From Candidatus Bathyarchaeota archaeon (GTDB lineage: Archaea; Thermoproteota; Bathyarchaeia; Bathyarchaeales; Bathycorpusculaceae), in contig CAVYRJ010000007.1 of assembly GCA_963770935.1 (NCBI GenBank), positions 1-64,000 on the forward strand: a stretch of 64,000 nt of DNA, read 5' to 3'. This document shows, piece by piece, positions 9,713 through 17,930 of this stretch (positions are counted from its first letter, which is position 1; each line of letters starts with the position of its first letter). The position numbers and the translations under genes are program-made. The notes beneath the pieces were generated by a model that saw nothing but the letters and a program-made list of their open reading frames with translations, searched no databases and was not told where the DNA came from.

Positions 9713-11284
9713 ATGAGCACGCAAGAAAAACTCCAAAGGGCAATCCAAGCAACAATCGCTGCAGGATATCAACTGAACAGCGAAGCCTTTGAGTTCCTGT
9801 GCCAAAATTGTCAAACCAGTGACCCCGTCACAATCATGAATCTAGCGTTTGAACGAATACAGGAACTACAAGACAAGCCAATGTTCATCGAGAGAGGTTT
9901 TTTGGAATCGCTACTACAACAACCTACAACACCTTTGCCAGAAATACAGATACCAGAGCAGCAAAAAGCCCCAGAACCAATAGCTGAGCCACCGGTAATA
10001 CCAGAACCAAGCAATAACGAAACGGAGTTCTATCCATACGCCAAAGACATACCAGCCGACATCAAAATCATAGAAGACGCTACAGGCAAACTGAGCTCAA
10101 ATGGAACCCTCGACGAATATGTAATGTACTTTCAAGATCGCTTCAAACGCATCGAACATTTATTAAGGCAGAGAATGGACGTTAGATCTGCAACCTCAAT
10201 TATGGAAGCATTAAAATCGCCCGCAAGAACTAAACTAAAAATTATTTGCATGCTGACTGAGAAGCGGGACTCAAAAAATCACACTATACTTTCAGTTGAG
10301 GACTTGCAGGGCAATGCAACGGTTCTTGTACCTCAAAAAGCCCCCGAGGAAGTAAAGAAAAAAGTCCTCATGCTTCTACCTGATCAAGTAATCTGTCTAG
10401 CAGTAGTCAAGACACGAACCAACGTTTTCATGGTAGAAGACATTATCTTTCCAGAAATTGGTAGAAAACAGCAGCAGAGAGCCCAAGAACAAGTTTATGC
10501 AGTCTTAACATCCGACATACATATCGGTAGCACAAAATTCACTAAAGAATCATTCAAACGTTTCATACTCTGGCTTAAGGGCAAGTATGGAACTCCCGAA
10601 ATGAAAGAGATTGCAAGCAGAGTAAAGTACCTCTTAGTCGCTGGAGACATTGTTGACGGCGTTGGAATCTATCCTAACCAACAAAACGAATTAACAATAC
10701 GCGACGTACATAAACAGTATAATTTCGCGGCCAAGTATCTTGAAAAAATCCCAGATTACATCGAAATCTTCCTATCGCCCGGCAACCATGATGCATCCCG
10801 TAAATCCTTACCTCAACCCGCGATACCTGAAGGATACCTAACGGCAATTAAAGGAAAAAAAAACATCCACTCCGTCGGAAGTCCATGCTTCCTAAGTCTC
10901 CATGGTGTAGAAATCCTCATGTATCATGGCCGAAGCTTAGATGACATAATTGCTGTTATACCTGGAATGGACCATGCTCATCCGGAAAAATCAATGCGGC
11001 TGCTCATGCAAAGCCGTCATTTAGCACCGGTATATGGAGGAAAAACCATGCTATCCCCAGAAAACAAAGACTACTTGGTCGTGGATAGAGTTCCGGACAT
11101 TTTCCATGCGGGTCACATACATGTGATTGGTTACTGCAATTACCGTGGAGTGCTTGTGGTTAATTCGGGGGGTTGGCAAGACCAGACTGATTACATGGAA
11201 AAATTGGGGTTGGTTCCTACACCTGGAAAAGTGCCAGTTGTAAACCTACAAACTCTACATACCACCGTTCTATCGTTTAATTGA
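9713..11284 (+). CDS. polB: DNA polymerase D small (exonuclease) subunit DP1
   Basis: YFQDRF, OB fold, SDIHIGS, GDIVDGVGIYPNQ, PGNHD, HGRS, GHIH. Confidence 0.96.
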   Translation: MSTQEKLQRAIQATIAAGYQLNSEAFEFLCQNCQTSDPVTIMNLAFERIQELQDKPMFIERGFLESLLQQPTTPLPEIQIPEQQKAPEPIAEPPVIPEPSNNETEFYPYAKDIPADIKIIEDATGKLSSNGTLDEYVMYFQDRFKRIEHLLRQRMDVRSATSIMEALKSPARTKLKIICMLTEKRDSKNHTILSVEDLQGNATVLVPQKAPEEVKKKVLMLLPDQVICLAVVKTRTNVFMVEDIIFPEIGRKQQQRAQEQVYAVLTSDIHIGSTKFTKESFKRFILWLKGKYGTPEMKEIASRVKYLLVAGDIVDGVGIYPNQQNELTIRDVHKQYNFAAKYLEKIPDYIEIFLSPGNHDASRKSLPQPAIPEGYLTAIKGKKNIHSVGSPCFLSLHGVEILMYHGRSLDDIIAVIPGMDHAHPEKSMRLLMQSRHLAPVYGGKTMLSPENKDYLVVDRVPDIFHAGHIHVIGYCNYRGVLVVNSGGWQDQTDYMEKLGLVPTPGKVPVVNLQTLHTTVLSFN

Positions 11285-12535
11285 TTAGACTTTGCTGTTT
11301 GAGCTTTTTCGGGTAGCTTGTGGGGAATACTCGATTAATCGGCTAAAGCGGTTATCGCCGCCAAATACATCCCGAATCAGATAACGAGAAATTTCCAGCC
11401 TGATTTTTTTTGTTCTGCCGTATCGTCCCATGCTTACAACTTTTGCGTTCACAAGACCCATCGAATCTAGCTCATTGACTAAAGTGCCTAAACGACGCTG
11501 CGTTAGAAGCCCAGCGCCCATTTCACCGCACAATTCATTGTAAATATCGTATATTTCGCCTGTAGTAGCGCTTGACCTATTTAGATGGTAAACGCTCAGA
11601 AGAACCAACTTTGAATGCAAAGTCAGGTTATTAAGGGCTTCAATAACTCGGTTGTGTTCAATATGTTTCTCTGCTTGGCGTACATGTTCTTCAGTAATCG
11701 TTTTTGCACCCAAACGCTCAGCAACTTCGCCAGCAACACGCAATAGATCTAAAGCGCGCCTAGCATCGCCATGCTCTGCAGCTGCCAAAGCCGAGCAAAT
11801 ACTCAAAGCTGAATCTGAAAGAACGCCGTCTTGAAAGGACAATTTTGAACGTTCTAGCAATATATTTCGAAGTTCACCAGCATCATATGGCCTAAAGACA
11901 AGTTCTTCTTCGCTTAATGAACTGAATACTCTCGGATCCAAGAATTCTTTTAGCCTAAGGTCGTTTGATATTCCAATTAGGGCAACCTTGCTTTTGTTTA
12001 ACGTTTCGTTTATCCTTGTTAACTCATACATGAAGGCGTCGCCATGTTCCTTAATCAAGGCGTCAACCTCATCCAAAACGATGATAAATATTATTCTTGA
12101 TTGTTCTAACCCTGAGCGGAATCTGTCAAAGACTTCACCTACTGACAAACCTGTGAAGGGAATGGATAATCCTACACTTTGGCTTAGAGCTGCGAAAACC
12201 CTGTATTCTGAACCTGTCATACGGCAATTAATGTAGCAGAATTTGACTTGTGCACCGTACTCTTTTGCTTTGGATTCTAAATGGCTCAATACATATTTTG
12301 TTACAGCTGTTTTTCCTGTTCCAGTTTTTCCGTAAATAAAGATGTTGGAACATCGGGAATCTCTCAAGACGGGGGCAACAGTTGCTCCTAACAATCGAAT
12401 CTGGTCTTCACGGTGTGGAAGTTTCTCCGGAAGATAATCATGTCTTAAGACCTCTCGGTCTTTAAACAATTTTACTCCGTTTACGAAGTTTTCGAATACA
12501 TCATCTAATACGCTTGAATTGCCCATTCTACCCAC
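11285..12535 (-). CDS. cdc6: Orc1/Cdc6 replication initiator
   Basis: YLPEKLPHRE, GKTGTGKT, VLDEVD, GDARRALDLLR, C-terminal wHTH with GRYGRT. Confidence 0.97.
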   Translation of the reverse strand: MGRMGNSSVLDDVFENFVNGVKLFKDREVLRHDYLPEKLPHREDQIRLLGATVAPVLRDSRCSNIFIYGKTGTGKTAVTKYVLSHLESKAKEYGAQVKFCYINCRMTGSEYRVFAALSQSVGLSIPFTGLSVGEVFDRFRSGLEQSRIIFIIVLDEVDALIKEHGDAFMYELTRINETLNKSKVALIGISNDLRLKEFLDPRVFSSLSEEELVFRPYDAGELRNILLERSKLSFQDGVLSDSALSICSALAAAEHGDARRALDLLRVAGEVAERLGAKTITEEHVRQAEKHIEHNRVIEALNNLTLHSKLVLLSVYHLNRSSATTGEIYDIYNELCGEMGAGLLTQRRLGTLVNELDSMGLVNAKVVSMGRYGRTKKIRLEISRYLIRDVFGGDNRFSRLIEYSPQATRKSSNSKV

Positions 12536-12669
12536 ACTTCTTCAGAGGTAACACCGTTACTTCGATTGGAACAGATAAAGGATATAGTACAAAAAAATGG
12601 TTTTAGAACACAACTATCCTAAAAAACAATGAAAACAGTCGATAATACCCAAACAAACTAAGAGCACAC

Positions 12670-12692
12670 ACACCCCAACGTTTCTAGTGGAG
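12670..12692 (-). repeat. ORB element
   Basis: Minus strand CTCCACTAGAAACGTTGGGGTGT matches the ORB pattern TCCA-N-TGGAAAC plus G-string. Confidence 0.85.
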
Positions 12693-12855
12693 AAAAAAGT
12701 TGCTAAACAAAAACCACTATAATATATATATATATGTTAATATACTCTGATAGGTAAGACGTTTTTTTATATATTAATAATTACTATCCAAGAAATTAGA
12801 CTAACATTCTGCAATTATTTTTTCAACCTCTCCTGAGTTCTTTTTGTTCCAAATA

Positions 12856-12878
12856 CTTCGAGGGGAAACATAGGGGTG
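12856..12878 (+). repeat. ORB element
   Basis: CTTCGAGGGGAAACATAGGGGTG, inverted relative to the 12670 copy across the AT-rich segment. Confidence 0.8.
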
Positions 12879-13011
12879 AGTCTTCAACCATTTTTCCATG
12901 GTAAATTGTCCATGCACTGCCTTTCAGGAGACGGATTGTATTATGACGTACCTGAATTCAAGCCAAAGTTTTCTTAACAATTTTTTTCGTGGGCTTTTAC
13001 TGAATTTTTCC

Positions 13012-13311
13012 TTCACAAAACTGTGAACAGATGTGAATTCGCAAAGAAGATGTTGGTTTATCAAGCTCTGTTTCTAGTAAATTACCCTATTTCTGTCTTT
13101 AACAAGTGAAAAAGGCACCCCTACGCTTCTACTGGAAAAGCATAACCAAGGCTAAACTGAATTATTTCAGATGGTTCGTTTTACTGTGAAGCTGGTAATA
13201 ACAAATAAACTCCAAATTACACCAGATATAGCATTATGAGCATGTAAATCACTTCTTTAATATCCATGCTTCACCATAACAGCTATAAGGTGTGAAGTAT
13301 AAAGTTGTGAA
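13012..13311. repeat. Array of GTGAA/TTCAC motifs
   Basis: Copies at about 13012, 13023, 13033, 13106, 13186, 13270, 13292, 13307. Confidence 0.6.
13116..13137 (-). repeat. ORB element
   Basis: Minus strand TTCCAGTAGAAGCGTAGGGGTG. Confidence 0.8.
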
Positions 13312-13332
13312 CAACCTTAAGGTGTATACCTG

Positions 13333-13764
13333 ATGCCGGCTCGTAAAATGCGCGTTGAGCTGTTCGATAGCGATGGTAATCGATATACCATTGCTTTTGA
13401 GGGTCAAGTGACCCGTGACAAAGCTCTTCGTCTTTTGGATCTGGTAGAGTTGCTGGGCGGTGCACCTGGAGAGAATCCAACTGTAAATGCAGGAAATGCT
13501 TTGCCGAATCGGGTTTTGTCACGTTTTGAAAAGGTTCAAGCAGTTATTCAGAAGAATTTTCCCCTAGTTTGGTTTTCTTCAAAAGATATTCAGTCAATTT
13601 ATGAGCAGGAACTCAAAGAACCAATTAGCCTCAGTACCGTTTCGACCTACCTTTCAAGGATGGCAACCAAAGGTATGCTTCTAAGGACTGGTGGCCAAAA
13701 TTGCCTAAAGTATAAGACCGCGCCAAACTTATCCCTAGCAACAATTAAGCAACGCATAAAGTAA
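13333..13764 (+). CDS. Uncharacterised winged-helix DNA-binding protein
   Basis: Small N-terminal beta/alpha domain, linker, then FSSKDIQSIY...ISLSTVSTYLSRM..KGML wHTH signature. Confidence 0.8.
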   Translation: MPARKMRVELFDSDGNRYTIAFEGQVTRDKALRLLDLVELLGGAPGENPTVNAGNALPNRVLSRFEKVQAVIQKNFPLVWFSSKDIQSIYEQELKEPISLSTVSTYLSRMATKGMLLRTGGQNCLKYKTAPNLSLATIKQRIK

Positions 13765-13844
13765 CCTCGAGAAAAAACCTTAAATTGATTAATTTTGCTA
13801 AAAGTTGCTTACCTCTTGCTGATAAAAAATTGGTCCCTCTGGTC

Positions 13845-14591
13845 TCACGACGACTTGTTTTCAGCTTTCTGCATCAGCTTCTCCATTTCCTTCTTGATGC
13901 TATACTTGAAAGGAATTTTGCCTGCTTCCCTTTCAAGGTACCCTTCTTCATAGAGTTTCTTCATCAACCGAGCCGTGTGCTCCCTGCTAAGTCTTACCCG
14001 CTCCTTGATTTCGGGTGCTGTCTTGGCGCCCTCTTTTGATAACATTTCTAGTACGGCGATTTCTGTGTCAGTTAAGGCAGCCATGGCTTTATCTCGCTTA
14101 ATTGGCATTACACCCATTTGTGGTTCAATGATTGTTTCTGGTGGTGTGACCTGTATTTTTTGTACCTGTTCTTCGATACCTGAGATTTTTGCCCTTAGAG
14201 TCTCCTGAGAGACTTCGATATCTTTGATTTTTAATTCTAAACCAGACAGCCCTGATAGAATTCCTGTGTTAGTTTGCGTACTTTGCGCAATCGAATGGTT
14301 GATGGCACCAAGTTGTTCTTCGAAGGGGGTGATTCTTTTCTCAACGTTGTCCATCTTCTTTAGGCTCGTATCGGCTTTGACGGAGCTTCCCTCAACTTTA
14401 AATGCAATCAACTCGACCCTGTCCGCTTCACGTTTAAGTTCCCTGTTGAAACTTAACACAATATCTTCGACGAAGTTTCTAGCTTTCTCATATTCTTTCT
14501 GTGCCTTGCGAATTTGCCTGTAGTATTCGATTGACGTAGCCACTGTTGCAGTCAATAGAACGCCTAAGATTACTGGTGTTAAGTCAACCGT
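13845..14591 (-). CDS. Membrane-anchored coiled-coil winged-helix protein
   Basis: Frame stays open past the 14555 TTG to a stop at 14600, adding VDLTPVILGVLL to give a TM segment before YYRQIRK; heptad-rich middle; C-terminal LTDTEIAVLEML..TAPEI..LSREHTARLMKKLYEEGYLER wHTH; start codon uncertain. Confidence 0.8.
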   Translation of the reverse strand, partial: TVDLTPVILGVLLTATVATSIEYYRQIRKAQKEYEKARNFVEDIVLSFNRELKREADRVELIAFKVEGSSVKADTSLKKMDNVEKRITPFEEQLGAINHSIAQSTQTNTGILSGLSGLELKIKDIEVSQETLRAKISGIEEQVQKIQVTPPETIIEPQMGVMPIKRDKAMAALTDTEIAVLEMLSKEGAKTAPEIKERVRLSREHTARLMKKLYEEGYLEREAGKIPFKYSIKKEMEKLMQKAENKSS

Positions 14592-14880
14592 GATTTGTCA
14601 CCTATGTGATTTAGGCGTGATTCACGCCGTTGCATCACACATCACAGATATTCCATGGACTTTTTAAGGTTTGCGGTTATATCCTCACATGTTCGTTATG
14701 ACGTCACATATCACAGTTCAATTTCCTTTCTTTTTTACTACTTTCTTTTCTGTAAAAACGCTTTAATTTGAAGTTATTTTACTATTTAATGCTTGAATTC
14801 AACATAGATTTTGGATTATAATTACATCCTGTAAACTCATAAAAAATTATGGTTGCCTCTGTGATTTGTGACGTCACAAA
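14590..14880. repeat. GTGAY/RTCAC repeat and palindrome cluster 1
   Basis: At least 12 GTGA/TCAC cores; palindromes GGCGTGATTCACGCC (14614-14628), TGACGTCA (14699), TTTGTGACGTCACAAA (14865-14880); TCCATGGACTT at 14652. Confidence 0.75.
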
Positions 14881-15371
14881 GCCTCTTCTGATGGACTAGA
14901 AAGACGTTTTAGGCTTGTTTCAAGCTCATTTCTGATGATTTCTATGACTTTTAGATGATCTTTTAGTTCCTCTTCCTTGCCCGGCATTTCCTGGTGTGCC
15001 TCGACATATTCGTGTAATTTATTGGCTATTTCGAGATACGGGTCAAGAGTTGTGCTCTCAAAAACACCCAAATACCCTAAAAGTAGTACTGTGTAGATTG
15101 ATTTAATTACGTTTTCTTTGGACTGTTTTAATGTCCTGTTAAAGGAGCCGCGGCTTATTTTAGACTTTGTTAGTCTTAATGCAGCTTTTTCATCGTATTT
15201 CAACTGTTTGCCTGATAAATTTTCTGCTAAAACGTCTATTAGGTACGTTTCAAGTTGTGTTTTAGTTAATTGGCTATTTTTTGCCAGTATTTCAACTATG
15301 GGGTCGCTTAATGCCCCATTTATCCATGCTTGTACGCCGTCTTTTAGCTTCAATTTACCTTTTCTCTCCAT
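14874..15371 (-). CDS. Uncharacterised HTH-containing protein
   Basis: SQLTKTQLE...YDEKAALR..ISRGSFNRTLKQ HTH-like segment followed by helical C-terminus. Confidence 0.7.
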   Translation of the reverse strand: MERKGKLKLKDGVQAWINGALSDPIVEILAKNSQLTKTQLETYLIDVLAENLSGKQLKYDEKAALRLTKSKISRGSFNRTLKQSKENVIKSIYTVLLLGYLGVFESTTLDPYLEIANKLHEYVEAHQEMPGKEEELKDHLKVIEIIRNELETSLKRLSSPSEEAL

Positions 15372-15723
15372 CCTTCAAATGGATACAGTTTTGTATACTG
15401 AGGTCACTTTTTAACCTTTGTCCGCGCCACGAGGTCCATGAATCAAAGAATAAAAAGGCTAAATTATCTCCAAAATGATGAAATAAAGCTAAAACAAGTG
15501 CTTTCGACTGTTATTCGGCAAAATTAGCCAATTTAACATATAAACGGCTAAATTCTCAATTATTTAGCACACGGTTTGTACAGAACTTTACACAAAAAAT
15601 GCACTTTTGCAAATGAATACTACCCTTTTGTGCCCCTTTTTTAACGGACTTAGGTCGAACAAAACACAGTTTTTGTATCCTTTCCCTAATTTAATGAGTT
15701 GATTAGTCTCCAGTACCAACATA

Positions 15724-15857
15724 GTGACTTAGGCAAAAACTCTCGTGACGTCACCTATCACGAACAAATCACGGTGATTTATCCATGGACTTACTTGATA
15801 TCACAATGCTGTGATGCTCTTGTGATTTCAAACACCAAAGAAACTTTTCCATGTGAC
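15724..15857. repeat. GTGAY/RTCAC repeat and palindrome cluster 2
   Basis: About 10 cores in 134 bp; GTGACGTCAC (15745), AAATCACGGTGATTT (15766-15780), TCCATGGACTT (15782). Confidence 0.75.
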
Positions 15858-15859
15858 AT

Positions 15860-16702
15860 CTAAAGACGTTCTGAAAATTCCTTCAATTTTTCAAAAAGCT
15901 CAGGCCGCAAGTCCCGCAGAGTTGGAATGAACGTCTCAGCCGTCCTCAATTCACTATAATCCACTTCGCAAACTATAAAATCTTCTTCATCATAACTCGC
16001 CTTGGCAACCACATCGCCCGTTGGGCAAACAAGCCTGCTACCACCCCAGAATTGCAAGCCATCTTCAACCCCAGCAAGGTTAACATAGGCAAGAAACGCT
16101 GTATTTTCTAATGCTCGGGCGGAAGTCAAGATTTCAAAGTAGCCCTTACGAACAGCTGGAGACGCAGAAATGCAAACCAATAGTTGTGCACCCTTCAATC
16201 GTGTCAGCCTGTAAACTTCTGGAAAGAAAACATCATAGCAGATACTCAGACCGATGTTTCCCAAGTCAGTTTGGAAAGCGGCAGGCTCGTAACCTGGACG
16301 GAAATACCTTTTCTCCTCAAACACGCTATGAGTGGGCAAATACATCTTTCGGTATTTACCGATTAACCCTTTGGGTCCAACAAAGACTGCTGTATTAAAG
16401 ACTGTTGCTTGAGTTTTCTCGCTTAACTCAGGCATCCCAAAAATTATGTGCATCCCAGTCTGTTTTGCCAAAGTCTCAATTTTCTTGGTTGAAGTTCCAG
16501 GTACTGTTTCAGCTAACTCGTAAACTTGATCCAAAACCACATAACCTGTTAATGACATCTCTGGGAAAATAACAAGGTCTGCCCCTTGATACTTTGCCTT
16601 TAACGTTAATTTTTCCATTTTCTGAAGGTTTGCTTCTTTGTTTTCTCTTTTGCTGCTAATTTGGGCAAGCGCAAGTTTAAACTTATCTTTCATGGGGTCC
16701 AC
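15860..16702 (-). CDS. Carbon-nitrogen hydrolase (nitrilase family), probable glutaminase partner of NadE
   Basis: E-K-C triad motifs FPEM, YRKMYLP, ICYD; directly downstream of nadE. Confidence 0.88.
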   Translation of the reverse strand: MDPMKDKFKLALAQISSKRENKEANLQKMEKLTLKAKYQGADLVIFPEMSLTGYVVLDQVYELAETVPGTSTKKIETLAKQTGMHIIFGMPELSEKTQATVFNTAVFVGPKGLIGKYRKMYLPTHSVFEEKRYFRPGYEPAAFQTDLGNIGLSICYDVFFPEVYRLTRLKGAQLLVCISASPAVRKGYFEILTSARALENTAFLAYVNLAGVEDGLQFWGGSRLVCPTGDVVAKASYDEEDFIVCEVDYSELRTAETFIPTLRDLRPELFEKLKEFSERL

Positions 16703-16704
16703 TT

Positions 16705-17565
16705 TTAATATGTGTGCCTTGGAAGCCTAAAATCGTTTCCCACAGTTCTATACCCAATTTTGGGAGCAAGTGGCATTCTTCGCTTGTGCTCGTTTGCGAG
16801 CCATCTGCTCTTTACCTTCTCAACAATGACCTTCTCGATGTCCAACTGTTCGGCAACTTCTTCGGGCGTCATGAACCGTTCGAGTCCATAAAGCATAAGG
16901 TCCAAAGTTTCATACTTGATTCCAAGTTCTGATTCTGCGAGCTGGTTTGGCCAAAGAGCTGGTGTGGAAGGTTTTAATGCAAGGTCCTTTGGGATCCCTA
17001 AATGAAGTGCAAGTTTGCGGACTTGTGTTTTGTATAAATCCATGATTGGAGCTATGTCTGCAGCAGCATCTCCCCATTTGGTGAAGTAACCCATTATTGT
17101 TTCGGACTTATCGGAACTACCGCAGACTATTCGGTTTTGTTTGTTTGCGTAGTAGTAGAGGTAAATCATCCTTGTTCTTGCCTTAACGTTTCCCTTGCAG
17201 AGCCTGTCGGTTTGGTCAAACAAAGGGACAGCCCCATAAATGCCGCTAAGAGCGTCTGATATGTCACAGACCTGCGTTTCCAAGTGAAACTGTTCTGCAA
17301 CAAACTTCGCGTCGTCGATGTCTTTTTGGATAAAATTTTCCTGTTCGGGCAGCATAAGTCCCAGAACGTTTTTGCCTCCAATGGCAAGGCTTGACAGCGC
17401 TGCTATGGTTCCACTGTCGATTCCTCCAGAGAGCCCGAGAACGATACCTTTTGCTCCAGCGTTTTCAACATATTCTTGGATGAAACGGCAGATTCTCTTT
17501 TGAGCCTCAGAAAAATCAATCTCCAACAGGGAAGGCGTTAACTTCACTTGCAATTGCAGCCTCAT
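16705..17565 (-). CDS. nadE: NAD+ synthetase
   Basis: LGLSGGIDS, GNVKARTRM, GYFTKWGD, EHKRR. Confidence 0.95.
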   Translation of the reverse strand: MRLQLQVKLTPSLLEIDFSEAQKRICRFIQEYVENAGAKGIVLGLSGGIDSGTIAALSSLAIGGKNVLGLMLPEQENFIQKDIDDAKFVAEQFHLETQVCDISDALSGIYGAVPLFDQTDRLCKGNVKARTRMIYLYYYANKQNRIVCGSSDKSETIMGYFTKWGDAAADIAPIMDLYKTQVRKLALHLGIPKDLALKPSTPALWPNQLAESELGIKYETLDLMLYGLERFMTPEEVAEQLDIEKVIVEKVKSRWLANEHKRRMPLAPKIGYRTVGNDFRLPRHTY

Positions 17566-17644
17566 TATTGATCGTTAGTAGGCAAGTATTTAAGGACAAG
17601 CATAAATATTATGAGCCTTACCAGAAGATGAAGAAGGTTGTTAT

Positions 17645-17914
17645 ATGGGGCGAAGAAGGAAAAAAGTTGTTCACATTCCAAAGAAGCGTTTACCAAAGTT
17701 CTTCTCTTGCCCAAGATGCGGAAAAGAAACCGTTAGAGTGGAAATCATCAGGGAAGATGGCGGCCATTCTATTGCACAATGCAGTAGCTGTGGTCTTAAG
17801 GAAGAATTTCCGGTTAAATCCGCACAAGGCGAAGTTGACGTTTACTGCATGTTAACCGACCGCGTTTACGGAACCCAAAAAAGAACACAAGTAACAAACG
17901 TTAAAAAAGATTAA
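17645..17914 (+). CDS. elf1: Transcription elongation factor Elf1
   Basis: MGRRRKK...LPKFFSCPRC...CSSCG...VDVYC. Confidence 0.9.
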   Translation: MGRRRKKVVHIPKKRLPKFFSCPRCGKETVRVEIIREDGGHSIAQCSSCGLKEEFPVKSAQGEVDVYCMLTDRVYGTQKRTQVTNVKKD

Positions 17915-17930
17915 CTGAAGGATTATCTGA

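Larger units (their letters stand above)
12551..13137. other. Chromosomal replication origin (oriC)
   Basis: ORB-like elements at 12551-12572(-), 12670-12692(-), 12856-12878(+), 13116-13137(-); AT-rich segment about 12718-12790 between inverted ORBs; directly upstream of cdc6. Confidence 0.88.

Noticed and set aside
14590-15857. Repeat clusters as a CRISPR array
   Set aside because: Units are 5-16 bp, irregularly spaced and in both orientations; no repeat-spacer period and no cas genes
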